64,000 nt of DNA from Oopsacas minuta (lineage: Eukaryota > Animalia > Porifera), in assembly GCA_024704765.1 (NCBI GenBank), contig JAKMXF010000311.1, forward strand, positions 186,001-250,000. Reading direction: 5' to 3'. Position numbers and translations under genes: made by a program. This document shows positions 12,087 through 25,500 of this stretch, piece after piece (the stretch's first letter is position 1; every line of letters begins with the position of its first letter). The notes beneath the pieces were generated by a model. The model did not search any database. It saw only the letters and a program-made list of their open reading frames with translations, and had not been told where the DNA came from.

Positions 12087-15000
12087 GTAAGTTATTAAAT
12101 TTATACATTTATAAATAATAGCAAGATGCATTTCCCATGCGTACTTTAATACGTATAATACTAGATAAATTCGCTGAGTTAACGGGCATTCGAGTTGAGT
12201 GTATATATTTCAAAAAGATAAAATATATACTAATTATCTATAGCTCATTTATAGTGAGTACATTAATTTGACAATTCATCTAACGGCGAATCACAGGTTA
12301 ACTTGAAAATGCAAGCAAGTAAATTATAATACAAATAATCAACAACTCTAATTTCCTAACTGTAACTGAAAAAATTTCCTAATTGTTCACAGGTATATTA
12401 ACTGATAGAAAATCATACGCAACAATTGTATTATCAAACGAGGCTTTAGCTTCTTCCAGTAAACACTCTACAGAGAGTTCTCCCTCTTTCAGAGGTTCAC
12501 CGACAGGTTTATACCTCTGACTCAAATGATATAAAATCAATTTCTTAACACATAATGCTTTAGCACAGCCTACAGCCATTGACGGTGTTGAGTGACCATT
12601 TTGAATTGATTTTTCCATGTCTTTATTTTCGTTAGTAGCTTCATGTAGTAGAACATCTGCATTTTGGCCGATTTTGTAGAGCTGAGTGCAATCACATGTA
12701 TCACCTAAATATCAAGAATTCAAAGTTAGTTTACGCTAGTTTGCATACCCACATGTGTTTGTGGTAAAATCAGTTGAAAATATCTGTGGTAAAAACCAGT
12801 TGAAAATAGCGAATCTGAAAGAAGCAATGCTTGATTTTCGAAAAATTGAAAGTTTTTGTATTTATATTATACCTAAAATTATAAGTTTCCTGCCTCGTCT
12901 TTCTGGACCCAATACATCAGTTGGGTTAATAACAGCTCCATTATGTTCTATACTTTGCCCAGATTTTATTTTGGCGAAAAGTGGGCCTTGGGGCACGCCT
13001 AATGCAATTAATTTGGCTGCATCTAATTTTCCTGGCAAAGGTCCTTCTTGGAATACAAAACCTAAACTAGGAACTCTATGCTTCAGAGCTGCAGCATGTA
13101 CTTTCATACCATCTTCTTCAAAAAGTAGCCATGAACCATCGGGTTGACGATGTATTAGATTGTAAGCGGCTTCATCAAAATGTGGAGGTGCTGTTGTTTT
13201 AATAGGCATAAAATTGGATTCTGGTGGAATCTCTCCTGCAGTTTCTTCATCTAAAAATGCAAATTTTGCGTTTTTAATCATTAAAATAGGAAATTTTGAA
13301 AATTCGTCCCATTTTATACTTACAAATATCTTTCTCAAATTTCCGGGGATTTCACGTTTTCCCCAATCCACCCGAAATATCCAGAAATATTGCAAAAAAT
13401 GTAGAAATATACTCAGGAATTTCAAAGTTTCCCCCTGATAAGACGATAAATCTCGGAAACCTTGAGGGTTGGCAAATATGAATTCCCTAATGCTAACCTA
13501 TATCATCCACCAGCTCATACACTTCATATTTGTAACCCAGTATTGAGTAAGATAGATTCAAGCTCTGTCGCAGATATCCAGCCAAGCCAGGGGGCCCGTA
13601 TATCTTCAATGCAGGTTTACTCTCTAATGCAACATTCTGCGTAATCGTGCATAACAGTCCTGGTAATCCGAATAGATGATCACCATGCATATGAGTAATG
13701 AATATTTTATTGATTTTACCGAGCCTTACAGTACTGCGCATTAATTGTATTTGAGATCCCTCGCCACAGTCGAAGAGCCAGACATCACCTTTAAGCTGTA
13801 GTGCTGTACAAGATGCACCTCTTGTAGGAGAGGGAAGCCCAGCGCCGGTCCCTAAAAAAGTTAATTTCCACTCCATTATTTGTAAATGATAATTATGAGA
13901 GCATCTTATGAAATGCTGTGGCATAGAAATATAAATTATGGTTTAGTTTCAATATGACTCCATCAACTCCTTTAACCTAAAGAGAGAGATTCATCAATAT
14001 ATACAAGCCACAAAGAGTGACATTATAGTACGTATATAATTGCAATCCTTTTGCTACTTTGTATAAAGTATGAAGTATAGCATGAACTTCCGTTATTTCG
14101 GAGCTCAAGGACCGCAATATTTTCTTCGATATTTGTGGAATTTCAGAATTCGATATAACAAAAGTTAACTATTTACAAGTTGCAGCAAAAAATATCTTCA
14201 TTTTGGCGTAAAATTAAAGACAAATCTACTTACAAATATAATCAATTTGTTTTAGATGATGGCGACTTAAAGTTAACTAATGACTCTATCTTGGAAATAT
14301 TCCTGAATGGCCAATGGGGATCAGTTTGTGATGATTTTTGGAGTCTTGCCAATACAGATGTTGCATGTAGAAATCTAGGCTACAGACGAGGACTGTCATT
14401 CGAACATGGAATTACATCAGATACCGGAAGTTTCCATTTTGATGACATCAAATGTCTTGGAAACGAATCAAACATTATGGAATGTGAACATCGCGTAGTA
14501 GATGACTGCAGTGCATTAGAACACATCAGGATCTCATGTGAAAAGGGTAAGTCTCTATCCCATGAAAAGTATATTTCATAAATATTGCAAATTTCATGTT
14601 TTGTTTTTGTGGGACAATGATGCCTCCAGGCTAAATTTGACCGGCTAGAGAATATGAATACAAACACTTAATTAATAACACAATATACTGTAGATGGATG
14701 TGAATCATATGCTCCTTTTGCTGATTCGGTGGAAACATTCGTGAATCTCTATGTTGAAGGACAGTGGTATTATCAATCTGGAGAAGATTTTACTTGGGAA
14801 ATAGCTAATGTAATATGCCGAGAGAATACTCAGACAGAAGCAGAGTCAATTTACTACTACTATAGAGACCCGTCAAGTCAAATTAGCATATTTCCTCATC
14901 GTATTAGTTGCATCGGAACAGAAAGTAGTATCTGTCAATGTACTCGTACAGGATCGCATTCCTCTGAGATAATTGTTAAGATAAAGTGCAGATCAAGTGA

Positions 15001-18000
15001 GTATTATTTGGTGTTTTATTCAAAGATTAAAAACTCTAATTCGACTGTGGAATATTTATATTCGACGATTGAACACCGGAATTTAAAAATACAGTATGGC
15101 TTGGATGTGTTCTAGGCATTATTATAACGTTATGTATTTTAAACAGCCCGAAAATTGTTTAATTTCAAATTCGTTCACCCTTAAAATTATATCTTCTTTA
15201 GATGAAGGACAGCTAAGATTGGTGAGTGGGGTAAATAGGAACAGTGGTTTCGTTCTGATCAACCATGAACAGACTTGGAAAGGAATTTGCATATCTAAAG
15301 AAATTTCAAACTTTCAATTAGCATATGTAGCATGCAGAAATCTAGGCTACAAAGGTCTGTACAATTTCTTTTACGATGATTCTCTGTCGGGTATTCTAAT
15401 TGGAGGAAGTTACTTTATTAACAACAAGTTTCTGTTTTCTTGGCTGATGCAGCCTAATTGTACTGGAAATGAGCAGAAAGTGATAGATTGTGAGTATCAT
15501 CGTTGGGAAGATTTTGTCTGTCAAGAAGTCCCTCTATGGGTTAATTGTGAACCTTATGGTAAGTAAGAATCTAATCGTGGATGAAAAATATAATTTTTAA
15601 TAGAATATTTTACAGATTTCAGTGACGTCATGCTCATTGGCAGTACTTCAGAGTATGAAGGCTTTCCGCAAATATTTCATAACGGACAATGGCTCTCTCA
15701 CTGCGCTTCTAATGGAACCTTTGACAGCACTATTGGCCATGCAATGTGTCGTTCAATTGGAGCATCTTCTCTTAAGGAATGGGACAAAGTGCCTAGTAAT
15801 GAAAGTGTTGATTTGGAATTAAAGTTTTTATGCTTCAGAAATGAGACCAGCCTTGCACATTGTATTTGGACAGAGGAAATAAACTGTAGTGAAAGCGAGC
15901 GCATATATATTTACTGCAATCCACCACGTGAGTGTATTTCGTAACTTTTCGATTAATAACTTCCAGTTTTAATTACTTTCATGTTCACAGTTGATAAAGC
16001 ACCATCTATTTCACTCGGATCCACTGAAACTGGAATTATTGATATCTATGCTAATGGAGACTTGGGCATTTCTTGTATCAATAGAAGTAGAAATGATGGG
16101 TTCATGCAGGCAGATGCTCAAGTTATCTGTAAGCAATTGGGGTTGAATGGTGTGAATTGGCAACCATTTGAATACACCATTACTGGACAATATTACTGGA
16201 ATAGTGTATTTAACTGCGATGGAACCGAATCTAGTCTAGCTGAAGGGTATTGTTTGCAGACAACAGCGTATACTGATGCATGCCCGCAAGCCTCAAGTTA
16301 TCCTGTGAAAATATTTTGTAGGCCAGCAGCAAGTAAGTTTGAGTTTAGATCATATATTATTGTACATCTTGAAATTGACCCCAAAATTGAATTGTGCCTC
16401 GAATTTCAAAGCCAAGCGATACTACTGATGAATGAGATAATTTTGTGTTTCTTCTAGACGAAATGCGATTACTCCCAGTCGAAAACAGTAACTTCTCCAT
16501 CGTACAGTTTCTCACACCTGAGAGAAGTTGGGCGCCCGTGTGTACCAGAAGTTCCAGCATACAATTTTGTGAAATATTTGGATACAATTCTGTTGATGAA
16601 ACCAGATTTGTAACAGCCAATGCACACCCATATACTCTCTTGGATTGCCCCAACACAGAATTAGATCAGTGTAAATTTACATTCACATACGACTATATAT
16701 CCTATTATGGATGTGAATCAATATTGCAAATTGCTTGCAGTAACTTACAGGGTAAATGAATATATTTAGAAAAATTTGTCTTTTGAAAGTCAGGTAATTT
16801 AGATCATTTTCTTCCATTTAGCTCCATCAATATTTCCAGAAAACTTACAAGTTATAAGTATAAATCACTATACAGTTCTGCTAATTTGGGATTATCAATA
16901 CAGGATTAGTGAACAGTACATGAACATCTTTTACCGTCTGGATATAACCCACAGGCTTTTGCTTTATGAAGACCTCAATTTCCAAGTTAACATTGGCGAA
17001 AAAGAAAGTAGCAGAGTTAACCGACGTTATCAAGCTATCAGTGGATTACAAAGTTTCACTGAATATGCTTTCAAGTTGCAGTTGGTAAATTCTGCTGGAG
17101 CTGGGCCTTTTGGAAATACTGTAATTATCACAACAGATGAATCAGGTAATTTCCAATATGTCATGGAATTTTGATATTATTTTCTGATAATTGTATTCCA
17201 GAAGTTCCTACTGGAGTTCCAAGGAATATCCAAGTGCATACAATTGGTGCTACACAATTCACTATTCAATGGGAACAACTCAACACCACAGAACAAAATG
17301 GAAAGATCCTCGGTTACGAAGTTTGTGTAAGAATTTCATCAATTGCTGATTGTGAAATCAATGATATCGAACATTATTTTTCTGGAAATCCAGAACCTTA
17401 TCAACTAATAAAGACAGGTCTACTCCCAGACACACAGTACACAATAACTATAAATGCGTACAATTCACAGGGAAGTGGTCCAAATAGTGAACCTCTGAAC
17501 GTTACAACAGGTAATGCATTCATATTTGTATTATCTTAATATATTTATACTTGTAAACCTATGGGAAGATTCCTGGTTCTTTGAGAATCATGTCATGCAA
17601 AATGCACCAAAAGCTAATATGATACTTTGGCCAAAAACCACATTTCCTGTCTTTCACCATTTCTTCATTTTGTCCAGTATACGTATATGTAATTATCCTA
17701 CAAGTTTCGCTAACAAATTCAACTAGACTACAGATTGCTACATGTTTTTTCTAGATCTACTGATTCCTATGATTACTTCACCAGAAGAAGATCAATCTTT
17801 CCAAATTGCTAGCATTTATGAGTTGGAATCATTCTCACACCTTCAAGCATGTACATCAACAGGAGTTCCTACACCCACTGTTATATGGACGTATAACACA
17901 AGTACTCATATAACTGGCAATATCTTATCAATACAAACTGAAGATTTGAATTTAGATATACCTGTGAACATCTTCACTTGTACTGCAACTAATCAAGCTG

Positions 18001-21000
18001 GATATGATACTAAAAGTATCTATGTAATAATCGACATACAGTTGCATACTCCACAACTTCCAATAGTTGAAGATATAGGAAAGAAGTACATAAATATTAA
18101 ATGGACTGACTACAGTTCCTTAGTATATACTAACTTTTATGAAATTTGCGTTCAAAAGTATGTAGAGAGTGATTGTATTCAAAATGTCACTACAACAGAT
18201 ACAGAGCATTCAATTGGTAATTTGGAACCAAACACACAGTACATCATAACGATAGTTGCAGTTACAGTGTTTGGGAGAAGTCCAGTGAGTCAGCCTCTAA
18301 TAGTGACAACTCAAGATCAAGGTATGCAAGTTTTTATTGTATACGTATATGTAATATTTTATGATTGTCTACACCACGAAGATTAAAACTAACACTCCCA
18401 AATTACAGCCAATGTCGAACTAATATTCATTCGAATTTTTGAAAGTGCCAATCACTTTTCTATTAATATAGCCACGTTACTCGAGTTTGCAGAAACAGAA
18501 GCTGCATATAATTGCCTTCATTCTGGTAAATAAGCAGCCTTCTACTGTATTATATTTTGCAGTAGTATGAAAAGTTAGGAATTTATTAGAATTATTTGTA
18601 CTGGAATCAATTTTCATAATTTTCTTCTCCAGAGATAGATAAACAAGAACCTGTGATAGATGAACCAAGGGAAAATATATCAATAATAATTACTAACATT
18701 AATGAATTGAGAAAATTTTCACTAAAGCAAGCATGTACTTCATCAGGAATACCTGAACCAATAATTGAGTGGACATCGAACACGGATTATATTTCTAACG
18801 ATGATCTGGATATCCAGCCAGGAGATTTGAGCATTGATGACAAAATAAATCCATATATTTTCACATGTACAGCCACAAATCAGATTGGAGAAGATTCCAG
18901 GCTTGTCTACATCAGAATTGAAGTTGATATCACAAAGGAAATTGAAGCGTTGGTCAATGTAACAGTAGAAGAAACAAAGAATTTGTCGATAATAATCGGG
19001 TTAAATGTAATTGGTATAAATGTTGATGATGAACAGAACATTACAAAGGCTCAAGATTCCATTGATAAGAACGCGGAAGATTTAGATAATTTGATTATCA
19101 AATTCACTGAGAGCAACACTGTGACTGAGGAAAACTCAGAAGTAGTAAAAGAACTTCTAGCTCCAGCAAGTGAAATTATTCAGAAAGATATAGAACTCTC
19201 TTTTGAAAGCGAACAAGAAGAAACAATGGTAATGAACTTATATTTTTCTAAATAAAAATATTTAATTTACCAGTTAAATTCAACGTTAATTTTGTAATAA
19301 TTACAGGTTGAGAAGGGCAGTGTTACTACAGCATCTAAAGGAATAACTACAGCACTGAATTCAGTTGAGCATTTAGCTTCGAACTTTGTTTCCAATCTTC
19401 CAACCGATGAAACAATGAGTGCAACAATTTCTTCTTCAGCAATCACATTGGTAGCGGAAAATATCATTTTACCTCCAAAAACAGAGAATGACTCCCTTAT
19501 AATTGATGACATAATTATTCCTGACGTCCTTACTTCTAAAAATGATGATATTAAAGAGCGAATTAAGATCCCAATTGAAGTAGCGCGTATGTTTTCTACG
19601 AATAATACAAAGCTTAGGGTAAGACAAATTAACATTTTTCGATCCTTGAAGCATTGATTGAGCTCAATCATAATTGTTTTAGATTGCTACAACAATCGTG
19701 AAAACAGACAGAAACTCTAAAGATGTCGATTCACAGAGTAAAGCACCAAGATTATCCAGTAATATATTGTCAGTTGTTATACCAGGATATGGAAGTAAAA
19801 TGAAAATGACAAAATTACCTCAACCAGTAAGCATACCAATTCCTTTAGTAATCTTATCAAAATTACATTTTTAAAATTCGGTTGTGGCTACAGTACCAAC
19901 AACGGCACCCAAAATTTTCGTCTTAGAGTGCTGTCAACGGCAAGGCCCAAATTCCCACTCATCAAAAAATGACATAGAACCACATACAATGAATCTTGGA
20001 ACCTGCTGCAGGCAATTTAAGAGTAAAAGTTTGTGTGCAGTTGCCGACTCTAGCCACTTCCAAAATTTATCACTTAATTCCACAGGTAAGATTGAGTATT
20101 CCAGTGCTTTCAACGAATGGCTTAGAACAATTTCAAAACTGCTCATTTCTCAACATTTCTTCATGGTTAACATTTGGATTAACTACATATGCTACTGAAG
20201 ACAATATCACATTTTGTGATACAGACCATTTTACAAGTTTCGCGGTTTTCGTCACTCCAAGGAAATTAGGTGATGATGATGATTTGAATAGAGTAGCCTC
20301 GATTGTAAGCTATGTACTAGTTTCCATCTCATTGGTGGCACTACTTATTTCATTAGTTCTGTTCTTACTGAGTGCAAGGAAGTTTTTCAAGTTGGAAGCT
20401 AACATAATTTATTTCAATTACTGTTTAGCAATGACCCTAGCGTTCGGTCTGTTTCTATTTGGAATAGAAACTGGAAAGTTCCATAAGATATTGTGTATGG
20501 TAATAGCCTTTCTACTTCATTATATTTGGCTTGCTGTATTCGTATGGACTCTGTGCAATGGACTGTTGATCCTCTACAAACTAACTATTGGTAAGTGAGC
20601 CAGATCTTTAATATATCAGCGTCAGGCTGCCTCAAATAGCTCAGCGTATTTCAAGGCATTATTATGGGGAAATCACAACTATTAAAATTCTGGGGGAAAA
20701 ACTACTATCTTTATATATATTCATTTTATTGTCTTATTTAGGAATTCTGAAAGAGCACAAGATTTACATATATCTTATACTTTTCGGATGGATATCTCCA
20801 ATCATTATACCCATTATTACTATCGCAATTAAACATGATAATTACGTAAAACCAGAAGAGCATTGTTTTCTGACATATGAAGATGGAATAATTTGGTCCT
20901 TCATTGGACCAATACTGGCAATACTGTCTATCAACATGATTATCCTCGTAATTGCGTGTATAAGAATAGCTAGAACAAAGTTTAGCACTGAAAAAATAGA

Positions 21001-21991
21001 TGAAAAAGATGCCTTGAGGAAGGGCATAGTGTCTTCATTAATACTAACTCCATTATTGGGTATTCCATGGTTGTTACTACTACTCAATATATTTATACCT
21101 GATCCGATTATCCAATGGTCATTTATTCTCGTAAACGGTCTTATGGGTGTGTTCTTCTTCATCGCTGTGACAATGCGAAATACAGAGGTGCGGAAATTGT
21201 GTACAAGGTTTTCGAAAGAAAAATCACGGATATCTACTTCTGCTATCACTGATGGGAAGACGAGTGGACTGTTGAGTAAAAAGTATAAGAGAAGTATTTC
21301 GAGGGAAACTGATGATGCTCTACCACAAACACCGGGAGGTGCAGGTAATAAAGGCGAATCCCTTCCCTTTGGTGAGTTTTGGATAAGTATATTACACGAT
21401 AATTGTAATAGGGGAAGTAACGTGAATCCAAGGAATATATTGAAAATCCCTTGGATTGGACAGTAAATCCTGAAAAAAAGGGGTATACAGGAATGCATAC
21501 ATACCGACATAAGTAATTTGTTGATAATAAGAATGCTAAATAATAATCTATTTACCATAGGACCTGTTCTCAAATATAAAGGTTCTGAAGATTCAAATAC
21601 ATTACAATCACCTACTGATGATTGCTCTCCCAGATATAATGAGGTCCCCAAACCGAAAATATTGGCCAAACCGAAAATATTGACCAAACCGAAAATATTG
21701 ACCAAACCGAAAACATTGCCGAAACCAAAAAGACTGCAGAAGTGTTCATCAGTATCAAACGAATCATTTGATGAAAGTGAATACCCAAAATGTGACATTC
21801 CAAAGAATTTAAAACCAGTTCCTATTTATGATATACTTAATCCTGCGACAGAACCAAAAGCTGATTCTCCCATTTATGAGGAACTCCGTGACGAAGATAT
21901 TATAGCAGACTTTGGTAATAAATCAGATTTCAAGTCAACTAAGGTGAACGAGAGAAAGCTCTACCAGAATTTGGCTTCTCTGGATGCATAA
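12017..21991 (+). CDS. Adhesion GPCR A: signal peptide, 6 SRCR-like domains, FN3-FN3-Ig-FN3-Ig, GAIN/GPS, 7TM, Tyr-motif tail. 16 exons, about 1,919 aa: 12017-12086, 14256-14546, 14694-14996, 15202-15558, 15616-15927, 15991-16332, 16458-16751, 16822-17145, 17202-17510, 17755-18321, 18633-19228, 19307-19618, 19683-19826, 20086-20590, 20742-21344, 21561-21991
   Basis: SRCR motifs ([11 protein letters not shown]...ACRNLGY), FN3 motifs (W...Y.V...L.P.T.Y.I...A.N..G.GP), Ig C..G.P.P...W...CTA.N..G, GPS CSFL..W...[11 protein letters not shown] and seven hydrophobic helices. All splice phases are compatible. Assignment of the 12017 signal-peptide exon is inferred. Confidence 0.88.
12379..13876 (-). 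CDS. ELAC1: Short-form tRNase Z (ELAC1-type), 3 exons: 13876-13498, 13250-12873, 12704-12379; 360 aa
   Basis: Motifs FLGTG, DCGEG, HMHGDH (HxHxDH metallo-beta-lactamase motif), GP-rich exosite arm (LGVPQGPLF), GDT, HEAT, GHST and HLSQRY. Both introns are phase-1 GT-AG and keep the frame. Confidence 0.95.
21646..21727 (+). repeat. 18-bp coding tandem repeat (about 4.5 copies) encoding KPKIL(A/T) in the GPCR A tail
   Basis: ccaaaccgaaaatattg(g/a) repeated; translation [28 protein letters not shown]. Confidence 0.9.
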
Positions 21992-22556
21992 AATTACTAA
22001 AGTCCATGCTGTATGATACTTGTGCTTAAAAAACTTGCTCTGTTAACTGTGTATTTGAATATTTGTCTGTATTTTGTATATATTTGAAATAATCTTTACA
22101 TAATTGTCAACTGTCCCGTTTTGGCGGGACGTCTCGCTTTTTCGGGCATGTATTGAGGGCCAATGAGGCTAATATCCCGTCAAAACTTGCCAAATCCGTA
22201 ATTGTCCAGCTTGGCTGTAGTCCAGTCTAATACAAATATGTTACGTCCCGAGATGTCCCGCTAATAGTACCTTCCGATTTTTTCCGTGTTCGATGTAAAG
22301 ATAGTTGGCTGTATTAGCAAAAATATCCACAAAATGTACGTTAGTTAGTAAGTCTAAGGTAATGAAAACAGAAAAATATTTCCATTAAATTTTATAAACA
22401 AAACTCGCTCGATTTTATATATAAACTGTAAATACTTAGATCCAAGCTATACATACACAAATCTATCTTAGTAAACCTAAAACTATGGGGGAAATATGTA
22501 TAAAGTTTTAACAAATCAGTGAAAATAATGTAAAGTATTGAGAAAGAGATTTCTCT

Positions 22557-25500
22557 CTAGACATCTGCTTCATACGGATTTTCAGTAGCATTGTCAGTTC
22601 CAATGTCCGTATTCTCTAAAGTTATTCCAGCACTTGGCTCTGCAGCTACTTCATACAGATTTTCAGGTGCACTGACAGTTCCATAGCCTGGATTCTCTAA
22701 AGTTAGGCCTGATTTAGGATCAGCTTCTGCACTTTCATTTTGGAAAACAACCCAAGAAGTATCGTAAACTGGATTAGTGGTGACATCTGTTGTCATCTTT
22801 GAATCACCAACATCTTGATATATCGGGGGTGGATGATCAGGGATCTCACTTACATCAGGTTCCCCCTTGTCAGTTGATCCAAACACAGTCCATTTTTTCT
22901 TTGATTTGGTTGTCTCATTGGAAGCTCCTTTCTGCATTATATCCGCATCTGAATAGAAATTTTCTTCTGTTTTACTCAAAGATTGCTCAAAGCCTAGAAA
23001 AATTAGGAATATTTTCAATTTCTAAGGAAATCTATTTCATACTTACGAACCTTCTGACAAAGTTGCCGAGATTTTCAGGATCAAATCATTAGATTTTAAG
23101 AATTTCCCGGATTTCACATTATTTCTACATTTTTCCCGAAAATATCCAAAAATACAGCAAGCAATGGTAGAAAATACTGGATTTTCAAAATATTTCCCGA
23201 GATACGAATAGAGATCCCAGGACAATCCAAAGATTCCGGAATAGTTGGTAAGTATGATATTCGTAAAATACACATATTTATCAACCAAAAAGAAATTTGT
23301 TGGAAGTATTTAGAATTACTCACCAATATTCGATGCTCCCTCAATGTCTAATTCCTTGGCTTTGGCTCTCTCCATTGTACTCGCATCTCCAGCTGGTTTT
23401 TTGAATTTGCTACTCACTTGAGTCCCACTTGTTGCTGAAGAAGAAGTAGCACCACCAGTAGATGGTTGTATAAGTCCTGCAATAATCTTTCTTCTCTTTA
23501 GAATTCCATGAACTTCCTTATTCCTTAACACTACCACAATCAAGAAAACCAACCCAATAAGACCGTTCAAAAAGATGAATATATACTGGAGTGCTATGTG
23601 TTGGATTGAAATGTTAAGGAGTAGGAAGAGCCAAGGAATTCCCAAAACAGGAGTTAATATTAAAGCTGTGATGAGTGCATCTTTCATTATAATTTTATGG
23701 TCATTATTTTGGTTTGACCATTTTGTATAGATGATCTTTGTAATGGCTATTACAAGGAAGACAACGTTGACAATCAATATAATTAGTATTGGAGCGATGA
23801 ATGCCCAAATGACTCCACCATCATTATTCAGGAAGCAATGTTCTGCCTCGTTTACATAGTAGGAACGTGTAATGATAATGGTTATGATTGGAATAACTAG
23901 TGGGAACACCCAACCAAACACGATGAGATATGGATAAATCTTCCTAGTAGACATCACGCCTAGAACAAGGATAGTTTAAGCAATTTTGTAGGGAAAACAT
24001 TTTGTATTGCAGCCGCGGCACATCCATTTGAAATGTGATCCGGCGACACCGTACAACTCTGAAAATGGTACGGAGCTCGCAGAATCAGCTGTATTGGATT
24101 GCCGCCCCTGCATCGTATTACATACTTATTATTTTATTATAAGTATGTACAGGACATAATTCAAATTCTTCCCTTTTGTCCCCCCCACCGCCACTGCAAT
24201 GACTAATTGAAATAGCATGGTTATTAGTACCCTCAAGTCAATATACGTACTTGATATTTAAGCTCAACTTACTTATAACAAGCTTGAACATTATCAATAT
24301 CCCTATACATAGAGTCCAAGTAAATACTGCTAACCATGTGTAGTGAAGTGCGAAGGCTATGATCATGCAAACAGTTCTATTGAATGTTCCTGTATCTATG
24401 CCAAATAAGAATATTCCTGTGGCTAACAGCATTGCAATACAGTAGTTGAAGTAAACTATGTTTGTTTCCACTTTGAAGAAAGCTTTTCCAGCAATGCAAA
24501 ATAGGATCAGTGATATTATCAGAGATATGAAGGAGATAGAAACTAGAATGTAGCTGAAAACATCGAGTACAACTGTTGCTGTTCCATCCGGCGTATCGTA
24601 TGGAGTAACGAAAACGGCGAAGCTCGTGAAATGGAATGTTTCGCAAATTATTACTCCAGTCGAGTCTGTAATTGTAGTGAGGCCATCAGATGCCCAGTTA
24701 TTCCCATCCAAATACACACAAGCATAATTGGAATTATTAGAAAATACGACAAATTTGATACCAACCTATATGATAATTTGGATAAATAATGGTAAATGAT
24801 AGGTGAAAATACACATGGATGAAATATCCTAAAAACTATGTATTATCTAGGCAATGTTTTGGTTACCACACAAATGTTGTTGTGGCAATTTTGTCTTTAT
24901 TGTCCTTATTTCACCATCTATTCAGCGTAATTCAGCGACACAATGTGTAAGGAAGGTAATAGGACAATAAAGATGACGTTTTCATTATAAAAAATGTATG
25001 AATCAAACTGAATGCCTTGCTGCCTCACGAAATATTTAGATAAAGATAATGAAATACCGTCCGCCCGCCCGCATGCTCAGGCGGATCTCATGTGGAGCTG
25101 AAACAAATTCCTCATTAATATTGGCCTTCAATATAACATAACAGAAACACAATTGTATTCTTTACCTTTGAAGATAAGGATACTTTTCCAGTCTTTCCTA
25201 CTATTGAAGTAGTTAGAATATCACTCGCTTGATAAGTCAATCCACTTACCCCAACATTGGGTTCGATAAAAGCCAAATCCAGATAGCTTATTGATGTACT
25301 GATCTAGAGAGGGAATTTAGTTATAGAATATTATTATACTGGTACGGTAGAATCTCCCAAAGTGGAGCATTCGGGGAAGTGTTTAAGATTCAATTCTGAC
25401 AAGGGGTTTATCCAGAAATTTTTTTTTCTTGCAGGGACTCTCCTTGGATGGCACTTTTTGGACGGTAAAATATTGATCAACTATAAATTAGATCTCGCAA

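Noticed and set aside
14015-14072. Hydrophobic run [11 protein letters not shown] just upstream of GPCR A exon 2 as an alternative signal exon
   Set aside because: No in-frame ATG (TGA directly upstream), and the good donor (gtatga) is phase 2, incompatible with the phase-1 acceptor at 14255.
20842-21798. 318-aa minus-strand ORF overlapping the GPCR A 7TM and tail exons
   Set aside because: Antisense to a well-supported coding region. Its repetitive FGLVNI part is just the reverse frame of the 18-bp repeat.
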